Assembly: GCF_009914755.1 (NCBI RefSeq)
Contig: NC_060925.1
From: the human T2T-CHM13v2.0 reference genome, Homo sapiens
Strand: one strand, 5' to 3'
Length of the DNA: 64,000 nucleotides
The notes beneath the pieces are model-generated. The model worked only from the letters and a program-made list of their open reading frames with translations. It made no database searches and was not told the origin of the DNA. Position 1 is the stretch's first letter. The number at the start of each line of letters is the position of its first letter. Positions 50,515-64,000 of the stretch are shown piece by piece. A program made the translations under genes and the position numbers.

Positions 50515-51802
50515 TTATGAACTGGGGATCAAGATATTGAGTTATATAGTCTTAGTTCTGTCAATGGTGACTCTGGGATACTGGGCAAGACCTTCTCCTT
50601 TGCAGGCCTGGTTTCTGCATTTATAAAATGAGAGGATGGATTAAATTAGTTTGAAAGTATGTTCCAGCTCTGGTGTTCCATGATTCCATATGAACACCCA
50701 TTCTCCTAGTTCTCACATGTGCTTATGTGCACACATGGGTGCAAGTCATACCCCACCCTCTTGCAGATCAAGCCAGCCACCTCCCAAACCCAAATGTGAT
50801 TTCCACACTGAATCTATAATCTATGCTTTCTCATGTGGGGCATCTGGGAGCTGGCTTCCATTGTGTCATGTTTGACTTGGCTGGAGAAATAAATTTGGCA
50901 GTGCTTAGAAATGCCACACCTTTATATTATGAGTTTTTCCACAATCTTCTTGGTGTCCAGGACTTGTGATCACTTTTCTTTCTTATTTTCCAATTGCGTA
51001 TTTCAGCCTGTGGTCTTCAGCCTGCCCACCGCTTTTTCTGCCGCAGGAGCGGCCCCTGTCTCAGATGATTGTCCTGGCACTGGCAGATGACCTAAGTAGG
51101 TAATAAACAGATAAAGAAGAGAGACTTGGAAATTCCATGGCATCACTTCTTATGGAACTTTTGATGGTAAAATGACCACATGCTGGAAATCACACTGCAA
51201 CTCTACTCCAGAAAATCTGTGTGGCATCTAATTTTGGTGGATTAACTGAGTCTTACTATCCCATGCTTCATGTGAGGGCTGTGCAAAGGAAGGGTATAGT
51301 CATGGAATCGTAGAATGACAGAGCTGGAGAAACTGTACCCTTTTTTTTCTATGTACAGTGTATATGCATTTTTCTACTTAGGTTCCATGAGGGTACAGAG
51401 TGTTGTTCACAGCTCTCTCCTCAGCACCTAGCCCAGGGTGTGGCAGGTAGTAGGAACTCGTCAAATTTCTGATTATGAATGAAAATGAATGCAAATCAGA
51501 TGCAAAGAAATCTGATTCTTAGAAGAATTCAGATCTCATGCAACCTTCTCATTTCTGATTCATTTTCAGTAGCCAGAAACGTTAGTAGGCTAACACTTCA
51601 GTTTCTCTGCTAAATAACTGATGAACTAAAAAGGACTAAAAATATCAAGAGAATTCTCCTATAAGGAGGAGCTCTGCACTCCTTCCACTGTGGGCATTAA
51701 GGATAGCCCTTCAACTTACCTGCTTTGTAAATTTAGGCTTTTTTAACATTGGGTTTTCTTAAACTTCTGTCTCTGCCTCCCCATTCTCCCCACTGGGCAC
51801 CT

Positions 51803-51838
51803 CCCCCCCCCCCCCCCCCCGCCACGTGCGCGCGCACG

Positions 51839-51876
<38 letters not shown>

Positions 51877-51892
51877 GGCGGGGGGCGGGGGG
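51803..51892. repeat. C18 + CG palindrome + (CA)17 + G-runs compound repeat
   Basis: Read directly from the sequence. Confidence 0.95.
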
Positions 51893-51947
51893 TCTCACCT
51901 CTCTTTGCCGCCAGCCTGGCACCTATGGAAACAAACAAGGTCTTGTG

Positions 51948-52330
51948 CAGCCACCTAGTGGTGTCTCTTCACCCCTGCAGTTCCCCATGACTTCTAAAGG
52001 AAATATCAGAGGGCACTGGGAGGCACTGAGATACTTTGAAGACAACCCACTTCTCAAGGCATCTGGGACCGCCCCCAGAGGTGAGCCAGAGGGAAAACAG
52101 GAGAGCGAGCTCAGGGCGTGCCCGGCTCCGGCCGCTGCCTCACTTCCTCGGGGGTCAGCGGCCAAAGGCAGTGGGCGTGAGGCCAGACGACCCTGCACCA
52201 CCCGAAGGAAGTGATGTCATGGTCTCCTTCTCCGAGAAGCCTTTGACACGGAGGGCGGGGGCGGGGGGATAGGAATGAGTGCCAGGGTGGGACAGACAGC
52301 CCTTGTTCCGTGGGAAACGTCAGGCTTTGA
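51948..52330. promoter_or_regulatory. CpG-rich regulatory candidate with CTCF-like, ETS and GC-box motifs
   Basis: cagccacctagtgg (51948-51961; minus strand CCACTAGGTGGCTG), cacttcct, ggaagtg, gggcgggggcgggg, and local CpG enrichment. Motif evidence only. Confidence 0.55.
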
Positions 52331-53219
52331 GAGACTTGTTTCATAAACATGCCTTGCCTCAGTTTTGAACCCTCCATTCGAGTTCCTTTACAGAATTGTC
52401 CCTTGAGAACGATAAACTGTTGTGATTGCGGAGGACACAGAAAAGGGTCAGCCAAGCAGTGATCAGAGAACAGGGGCAGGCAGAACTCAACAGCCACTGG
52501 GCAATGGGGTTTAAATGAAGAGCCATAACATTGAACGAGGCTCCTAGGAGCTCCTAAGGACTCTGGAACCTTTCCACGGGGTCTTCAACCTTCACAGGTC
52601 CCGGGGTGCCGAGCCCAAGAAAGAGATGGAAGTCAAAGACCAGCACGATCAGACACACACCTTTCTTCTCATTCCATACACCACCCTGCAGTACCACCGT
52701 GACTGCTACCATCCCGCGAGCACCTTGCCTTTGAGGATTTGACCAGTTTTCATCCGAGTAGTAATGTATCCGATGTCCACTGGCTCCTTCCTTTACCCAC
52801 GGACAGTTCTGTGTAAGCCTTTCTCATCTGCCTACAACGTCTGCCTATAAATTATTAGGTTTCTCCATTTAAAATAAACGGAACTTTCCCTCAAGCCTGC
52901 GATCCATACTCACCCACACCCACACTCCTCACGGGTGTCTCCAAAGAGCAGTTTATTCTGACCACTCTGTTCTGACCCCATTCCCATCTGGCTTCTGTCC
53001 TAACCATGACGGAAATTGCACTTTTGGAGGTTGCTCACGACTTTCTAGTTGCCAAATCCAAAGGCTTCATTAATAATAACATGTCAGTTTTGATATTTTA
53101 TACAGTCACAGCTCCTGGTGTTCGAAGATGTAACTTAATTTTCCTAGAACTGACCTCAAATCATTAACTCAACCTCCAATGTCTGTGGTCTTTCTAATTC
53201 AAGATAAATCCAGCCCTTT

Positions 53220-53902
53220 CTGTTTTTTATCTTTTGTTTTACAGAGATGGAATCTTGCTCTGTCACCCAGGCGGGAGTGCAGTGGCACGATCATAGCTCA
53301 CTGTAGCCTCCTGGGCACAAAGGATCCTCCTGCCTCAGCCTCCCGAGTAGTTGGGATTACAGATGTATGCCACCACACTTGGATAATTTTTAAATTTTTT
53401 TTGTAGAGACAGGAGTCTCCCTTTGTTTCCCAGACTGCTCTCAAACTCCTCGGCTCAAGCAATCCTCCCACCTCAGCCTCCCAAGTGCTGGGGACTACAG
53501 GTGTGAGCCACCGCACCTGGTGCCCATTCTGTTTTTATTTTGATTTTAAATTTTTATTTTCATCTAACTTGTTTTTGAAATGTACCATCAGACCCATTCT
53601 GATTTTTTTTTTTTTTTTTGAGACAGGCTCTTGCTCTGTCACCCATGCTAGAGTACAGTGGCTTGATCTCAGCTCACTGTAACCTCTGCCTCCTGGGCTC
53701 AAACAATTATCCCTCCTAAGCCTCCCGAGTAGCTGAGACTACAGGCGCACACCACAAAACCTGGCTAAATTTTTGTATTTTTAGTAGAGACAGGGTTTCG
53801 GCATGTTGCCCAGGCTGGTCTTGAAGTCCTGGACTCTAGCAATCCACTCACCTCAGCCTCCCAAAGTGCTGGGGTTAAAGGTGTGAGCCACCACACCCAG
53901 CC
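53220..53902 (-). mobile_element. Two antisense Alus (53220-53524, 53603-53902)
   Basis: Two AluJ-like dimers. Confidence 0.92.
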
Positions 53903-54457
53903 CCATTCTGTTTTAAAACAGAATTGAAACATAGTCTTTGAATAGCGAATCAGAAGTTCCCTCCCCTTATTCCCCGACATTTTTTCAGTCTCTGCAGCTG
54001 CAGGGGGCATGTGTCTGTGGGGCAGGGTTCATGCATCATGTTGGTGTGGGGAGAAAAGCAGCGTCTGGCCCATCATGACATTCTGTCTACAACAGTTTCC
54101 ACTGATTGGTAACTCTTGCAACTTGGTCTCATTGTCCTGAGCCAGCACTAGTTTCTGATGGCCAAGTTTCCACTGTCACCTCCCTTTGCCTACATCCTTA
54201 TAGTCCAGACTGCAGCTCCTTTGGATCCTTTTGGCTTGTCCAGGGCCTCTTCTGCGTCCCTTTTGGTGGCCATAGAAACTTTTCAGATTTTTCCCCAGCC
54301 TCGCCAAGATGCAAGGGGTTTCTGTGTGGCCACCCTGGATCATGGTTGCTCTGTTCTTCTGATGCCATTCTGGTTGTGGAAATTCTCCCAGGAACTATGA
54401 TTCTCCCTGGTACATTCTGAGAGGAGAGACACATGTGTCCTCTGCTATGGAGAGTCT

Positions 54458-54698
54458 CTGGTGATGTACGAATTTCTTTGACTATGACTATAATAGAAAA
54501 TGCATTTTACATCACGGCTGAGCACACGTACACATCACACATGAAACAACAACTTCACCAAACAACATTGCCATTACCTGGCAACAAACTCTGGGATTTC
54601 CTAGTCCATTGTATTCTCTTTCTTTTAATGCTGGTTTTATCCCGATAAACCAATTTTATGATGCAAGAGGTCTCAGCCCACAGTTTAAAAAATATTGC
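54458..54698 (-). mobile_element. MER112-like hAT-Charlie MITE
   Basis: gaaaatgcattttacatcacgg...tttaatgctgg...cccacagtttaaaaaatattg resembles recalled MER112 and both ends of the element at 56148-61316. Confidence 0.6.
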
Positions 54699-54998
54699 CT
54701 TGATAGTGGGTTTACTTGGTTCAGAGGGTGGGCTCTGGGCTCCATACCAAAACTTAGGAAGCAGCTACACACTTGTTTTGCTCTTTCTCAAAATGCACAG
54801 CTTTCAGAATCAAAGAAAGTCCTGCCTCTCAAGCTGTTGTCTCTACTATGGGTTTAAAATAAATCCATTCAGACATTCAACAGATTTTTTCTTCTCAGCT
54901 TTATCTACTTTCTGTCTGAGAACAATGTGTATGGAATATGACAGAATGATAAAGAAAAGAGTAATGGTTATAAAGAAGCACAAGGGAAAAAAACCTCA

Positions 54999-55346
<348 letters not shown>

Positions 55347-56335
55347 TTACATATTCTGTTGGTAATAGTAATAGTAACTAATTATGATTCAGTATGTATT
55401 ATGGGCCAGGCATGATGCTTAGCATTTCATGTTTATTATTTCAGTTAATCCTTATACCATCCCTATGATATGGTACAAATAGTATCCCCATTTTATAAAA
55501 AGGAAGTTAAGGCTAACCTAAATTTGACTGTTTCTCTGCCCTTTACATTCAGAGACCATTTCTCATGTCTGTTAGTTTTTGTTCTAGCCCTACCTCTATA
55601 AAATTAGGGATGAAAACTAGACCATCTCTCTCAGCTCAGAAAGAGTCCAGCAACCTTTCAAAGGCAAAGCTGCTTTCCACTAAGTTGGAAAAGTGATGGT
55701 CTTGCTGCACAGGCCTGCAGCTTGAACTGCACCCATCCCTCCTGCTGCTCTTAGCCTTTCTCCATCTAGGGCTTTCTACGGCCTAAAACTCAAGATCATC
55801 TTCTTCCAACCAGAAGGGATTAGGAGTCCTTCCTTCTTATTAGCAACCTGCAGATCCTCATAGGAAATGACCACGGTAACTTCCCTTTATCTTTTCTAAA
55901 ACCCACATCTATAAAAGGGAGAAAGTGTCTCAAGAATGCAAACAAAACATAACTATAAACTTGAATTTTCTCCTTTGATTTGGTGAGTTCCTTCTTTATC
56001 CAGCAAATATTAATATTTATTGAAGATGTACTAGGCACATTTCTAGGTGCTACTGGAGATCTGGTGATGAACAAGACAGATCAAATTCTTCCCCTTCTGA
56101 AATTTACACTCTATAGGGGCTGGTTTCTGGGGAGTGCAGACACTGACTGGAGGTTTTCAGCTTTCTTTTATGTCACACTTCCTAGTAAGAAATGTGTCTT
56201 GCACAGCAATGTAGTATATTCCTTCTCCCTTCTGCCGCCACACAATAGAATCAAAGTTTTGTAGAACACTTGCTCTTATTAAATATAAAAACTAAAAACA
56301 TAAAGTTAATATTGCCTTATTAATACTTGAATGCA

Positions 56336-56636
56336 GCCGGGTGTGGCGACTCACATCTGTAATCCCAGTACTGTGGGAGGCTAAGTCAGGCGGATTGCTT
56401 GAGCCAAGGAGTTTGACACCAGCCTGGGCAACATAGTGAGACCCTGTCTCTAAAAAAATTAAACAAGGTTAGCCAGGCTTGGTGGCATGTGTCTGTGGTC
56501 CCAGCTACTCAGGTGGTTGAGGTAGGAGGAGTGCTTGAACCTGGGAGGTTAAGGCTGCGGTGAGGTATGATGGTGCTACTGCACTCCAGCCTGGGCGACA
56601 GAGTGAGACCTCATCTCAAAACCAAAAAACAAAAAA
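56336..56636 (+). mobile_element. Alu (AluJ-like) in the Charlie element
   Basis: TSD acttgaatgca. Confidence 0.93.
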
Positions 56637-57413
56637 CTTGAATGCAGCATAAGAAAAATTTCCCAAATAAGCAATACAAAAACAAGAGTCAGGCAAGACT
56701 GTATTTAATGCACTAGGAGTACTTGTCTGCTTCTAAGTTTATTCCAGTCCAGAACATACGAGGATAATTCTCACTGTGCATACATTCATGCGCCTGTTTC
56801 TCTCCTTTGTTTTAATTGACTTTAAAAGTTGGAAATCCTTGTTCATACAAATAGGTAATTGTGAATGGTGATAATAAAGATGCATTCTTTTTGCCTAGGA
56901 ATGGAGATTCTTCTTTAATCTTACCCTACAATTATGATTCATTTAACGTCTTGTGATTACTCTTTCGTGCAAACGTAGAACTGAGCTGCAATAATTCATT
57001 CACCTCTTTTGGGCACCAAGTTTAGGTCAATTATTGATTCAGGGTTCTGAAAAGAAAATGAGTCTTTCATTTGAAAACTTTTATCTTGTGTTTATAATTT
57101 ATCATCTGGAAAATCATGATTGCATCTGGAAAATCACTCCAAGTTTGAAACTGAGGAGTGAAATATAACGATCTCCCTAATTTTATTTCCATCATACTGA
57201 CTTTACTAATAATACCATTTTCAATATGTTGTAACAATATGAGGAACAAATAGGTGCTAGGGTGATTGCTTTTAGGTCTTGCTTGCCATAACAAAATGTC
57301 TTTGGAATCCTGGATGTGTTGGACTTGCTGAATTATATTGTTGTTTTCTCCCTGAAATTATACATTTAAGTTCATTTTAAAAAATCAATAACCTCCGTTA
57401 AATATACTAATTA

Positions 57414-57527
<114 letters not shown>

Positions 57528-57839
57528 TTACGTGGTTATCCGTAGGATAACCAATGAATTTCAGTGAGCTGCAGTGTGAGAGTATGGTTCATTCAAATCT
57601 CACCAAAACACATCAAAATTTTGGCTATTGATGAGCTCTCTTTAATACATTTAACAACCTTCATGATGTTTTCCAATACTTCTATGAGATTTAGCAGACT
57701 TACTTCAAGAGATGGCACATTTCTATTGATTCTGATTTCTAAACACAACTGTCATGAATAGTTTTTACAAATATTTTAATGGCTTTGCTGCTTTCTAGCC
57801 ATATCAGCTGGCCCTGTCACTCATAATTCCATTATTACA

Positions 57840-58050
57840 TTTTATTTTATTTTTAAATATAAATTAAAATAATTGAATTTATTATTTTCTTTTAGAGATG
57901 GAGACTCCCTATGTTGTCCAAGCTGGAGTGCAGTGCTATTCTCAGACATGATCATAGCATGCTATATCCTTGAACTCCTGGACTCAAGTGATCCTCCCTC
58001 CTCAGTTACCCAAGTAGCTGGGACTAAATGTGCTGCCATCATGCCTGGCT
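57840..58050 (-). mobile_element. FAM-like fossil Alu monomer in the Charlie element
   Basis: Monomer carrying the 7SL-like gctattctcagacatgatcatagcatgcta segment. Confidence 0.75.
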
Positions 58051-58417
58051 CTATTTTTCCATTTTAGTAGATATTGACCAACAAAGCATTTTTCCACTTT
58101 TGTAAATATATACAATCCATTGTGTGTGAGGTTAAATTTAAACAACACAAACACCCCCACACACTCACACGCATCTTGTTGTTTTGCATACATGAGAGGA
58201 GTTTAACAACTTGCAGTATCTGTGCTGTTTTGGGGATGGATCTCAAGCTCTATACTGGATTTTAACCACATGAGAAGCATGGCTCTAGAAGGTTCTGCAG
58301 TAGCACAGATTTGACTAGAAATACTACTATCCCAAAGAATTGTACATTTCAATTTATTAGCTGATTTGGTATTAAAATCATATTCATCATAGCTATTTGT
58401 ATTAGAGAATAATTTTT

Positions 58418-59710
58418 ATTTTTTTATTTTGAAAGATTGATTTTTTTTAAAGTTGTTTCATTTTGAATTAGCATAGGTACATAATAGTTGTATATATTTA
58501 TGGGGTACATGTGATACTTTGATACAGGTATGTAATGTGTAATAATCACATTAGGGCAATTGGAGTATCCATCATCTCAAGCACTTATCATTTCTTTATG
58601 TTAGGGACATTCCAATTCTACTCTTTTAGTTATTTTAAAGTAGACAATAAATTATTGTTAACTATAGTCACCCTATTGTGCTACCATATACTAGATCTTA
58701 TTCATTTTATCTAACTGTATTTTTGTACCCATTAACCATTTCTACTTTGTCACCCTATCCTTGCTATCCTTCCCAGTCTCCGGTAGCCATAATTGTACCC
58801 ACTAAACTCCCTGAGTTCAATTTTTTTTTTTTTTTGCTCACATTTATGAGTGAGAACATGAGATATTTGTCTTTCTGCCCCTGGCATACTGCACTTAACA
58901 TAATGTCCCTCAGTTCTATCTGTGTTGGTACAAATGGCAGGATTTCATTCTTTTTAATGGTTGAATAATATTCCATTGTCTGTATGTGCCACATTTTTTT
59001 TATCCATTCATTCGTTGATGGACTCTTAGGTTGATTCCATATCTTGGCTATTGTGAATAGCACTTCATTAAACATGGGAGTGCAGATATCTCTTTGATAT
59101 ACTGATTTCCTTTCTTTTGGATATATACCCAGCAGTAGGACCGTGGGATCATATGATAGTTTCATTTTTCATTTTTTGAGGAACCTCCATAGTGTTTTCT
59201 ATAGTGGTTTTACCAATTTACATTTCCACCAAGAGCACACAAGGGTTTCCCTTTCTCCACATCCTTACTAGTTTTCATTATTGCCCGTCTTTTGGTTAAA
59301 TGCCATTTTAATTGGGGTGAGATAATATTTCATTGTAGTTTTCATTTGCATTTCTCCAATGATTTGATATTGAGCATTTTTCCTGTACCTGCTTGCCATT
59401 TGTATGTCTTCTTTTGAGAAATGTCTATTCAGATCTTTTACCCATTTTTAAATTGGATTATTTGTTTGTTTGTTTTTTCCTATTGAGTTGTTGGAGCTCC
59501 TTATATATTGTGGTTACCCTTTGTCAGATGGGTAGTTTGCAAATATTTCCTCCCATTCTGTGGCTCGTCACTTCACTTTGTTGATTTTTTCCTTTGATGT
59601 GCAGAAGCTTTTTAGCCTGATGTGATCCCAGTTGTCCATTTTTGCTTCAGTTGTTTGTGCTTCTGAGGTCTTACTCAAGAAATCTTTGCCCAGACCAATG
59701 CTCTGGATAG
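58418..59710 (-). mobile_element. 5'-truncated L1 (L1MA-like; ORF2 C-terminus and 3' UTR)
   Basis: ORF 58764-59165 (YDPTVLLLGIYPKE...WNQPK..WIKKMW) is L1 ORF2 C-terminus; TSD agaataattttt (58406-58417, 59716-59727). Confidence 0.93.
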
Positions 59711-59795
59711 TTAGAAGAATAATTTTTCAGCAACTGTGTGAGAGCCATTTTCTCTTTTGTCCAACCATATGTAACTAAGTCTCGTTAACAGTTTA

Positions 59796-60179
<384 letters not shown>

Positions 60180-60683
60180 TTAAAAATGTTTGAAGGGCTT
60201 GTTAATAAGTCCAGCATGCTGTGTTTCCAAGTGTCCTTCTAGTTTTGAAGTTGTCATTACAAATAATACATTGGGGTTTGTCACTTTTGTTGGATTTTAT
60301 GCACTGAAAATTTTTTTTAAATAATCCATCTTATAAAGCTGTGAATTCTCTTTTTCTTTTTAAAAGACATCTCAAATGAAGTTGAAGCTAACTAATTAGA
60401 ATCAATAATTTTCTCAACCTTGTCATTATTTACAGTTCTAGGTTGAACTTGGGCATTTCTCTAATTTTTCCTTCATCATTCTTTTCTAATAAGGAGAAAT
60501 CCTGTTAAAGGGAAATTCATGCTAATTTAACAAAATATACATTTGATGCAAACCTGAGACATATCTCACTTGACAATGTTCTTTCAGAAAAATGCTTTAC
60601 AATGAATTCTGACTAATGTTAACATAAAATATAAACAGCTAATTATCTCATAAAGATGATGGGCATATTCATATCATATATGA

Positions 60684-61078
<395 letters not shown>

Positions 61079-62719
61079 TAGCTTTCTTAATCTTGCTCAT
61101 AGCAATTGGATGCAGTATTTCTTACAGTGTTCACAATTCCTAATAAAAGTCCAGTGATGTGTTCTCATGTTTTCTATTTTATTCTAATTGTTTATTATAC
61201 TCTATTTCATTTTGTTAAAAAATAAGTAAAAAAAAATTAAATGTAGCTGTGACCCATTAAGTTTATTTTATAACCTACTAGGGTATTATGTCTTCCAAAT
61301 AGTCTGAATAATGCTGACATAAATAATAAATGTATAAACAAATGAGAGAAGTTCAGAGAGTGGTAAGTGCTATAGGAAAATGGAAAAAGAATAATGTGAT
61401 AGAAGAGAGAGTGACTGGGAAGAGATTAATTTTGCCAGGGATTGAATTTACCCTAGATAGGAAGGGTTCTTGGAGGAGATGATAATGAGTTGCACTCTGC
61501 ATAGTTTAGGGTACTGATATGAGTCTGTTCTTCAGCATTAATGAGTAGTTTGAACTATATCATTTTAATTGTACTTCTGATTTGCCTGTTGTTTTGTGTA
61601 TATCTGGTGAATCCCCAGCTAGACTGCAACTTCCTGCAAGAGAAGTCTTTTTTCCCTTTTTATAAAATCTCCCCCAATACTCAGTTTTGTGCTGTGTGTA
61701 AAGTTGGTGCTAGACAAATGCTAGTTCAATGGTGATTATTGAAAATCACAATAAACCAGGGTGGACATTCTTATAGGTGGAGCAGACAAAAGCCTATGCC
61801 AGGTGGTCAGGGTTGGGTAGATCCTTGAATCCTTCAAAATAGCTCGTGATTGCTCCTTGAGTGTGAATCTTCGTAATCAGAAATTCACTCCTTTGTCTTA
61901 AAGCCTTTATCAATGAAGTCTTAGCAACCATTTATGCCTCTGTTGAATGAGTATAATTGTATGGCTGAGTCACGGCTGAACTTAAAAGGAGGATTGGCCT
62001 GGTTAATCCTTCCTAAGCACCAGTTTTGCTGTCTGGAGAGTTGCTACCAGGCACTCAGGTCTGCCTGTCTGGATGGGAGGCCCCAGTGGAATACTTAGAT
62101 TCCACTAACTGAGAGAGTCAGAGAGAAAACACACCCAGTGCAGGTGCCTGATTAATGACTTATGATTAAAATAATAGTATAGAGAGGAACTGACCATTAA
62201 TTACTCACATTTACATACTAATTTTGGTATTTTTGCTTTCAAGGAAATACAATACCAAGGCACAAATTGGTTCCCTCCTTTAAACCTCAATTATCATAAT
62301 TTTGCTCTATTTACTCTATTTCTGGTTTGCTTCTCAACTCCAGGGAGGACTCTCCTTGGCTTTGCTTGTAGTCAGAACTGAAGCGTTTCAAGCCAAGGCA
62401 TGTCCGGTCACGTCTTGCCTCAGGGCTGGCTGCTCCGGCTCCAAGTCGGGAAGATCCAGAGGCCTTACTTCTCCAAGACAAGCAGAGATCCTCAACGTTC
62501 AGACACTTCTGCCGGTGTGTGAAGCATTAAAGGTGGGGGAGAATCTCCCTCTTCTCCCTCTCCTCCCATCTACACTCTCCCCAACCCAACTTTTCTCCTG
62601 GTGTTTAGACTTTGACGTTGGTTTACTCCATTGATCTTATTTCTCATTTCCAAAAAGAACTTAGTTTCCTACCATCCATTCCTTTTACTCCAATATCTGG
62701 CATTTGAAAGATGTTAATG

Positions 62720-64000
<1,281 letters not shown>

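Overview
Primate (very likely human) intergenic DNA, dense in repeats, with no intact protein-coding gene, RNA gene or CRISPR array that I can support. Recognisable content: a processed ST13 (Hsc70-interacting protein) pseudogene on the minus strand (~6070-8005), a processed RNASEH1 pseudogene on the plus strand (~44326-46292), an orphan CpG island (~32800-33560), a second CpG-rich regulatory-looking patch (~51800-52330), about 40 Alus, MIR/L2/L1 fragments, many solo LTRs and several DNA transposons. From memory (unverified), this pseudogene pair fits 1q32.2 between SERTAD4 and HHAT (ST13P19, RNASEH1P3). I found no convincing new biological system. The best leads are: (1) a near-complete, decayed autonomous hAT/Charlie element (56148-61316, minus) whose transposase aligns end to end with FAM200A/B and which the ORF track mostly misses; (2) an Alu-arm/ST13 chimeric retrocopy inside a single target-site duplication; (3) a C18-palindrome-(CA)17-G-run non-B DNA module beside a CTCF-like motif; (4) a MER41B/MER41A pair that differs in STAT1 GAS content. 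Repeat subfamily names and protein comparisons rest on recalled consensus sequences and need RepeatMasker/BLAST confirmation.
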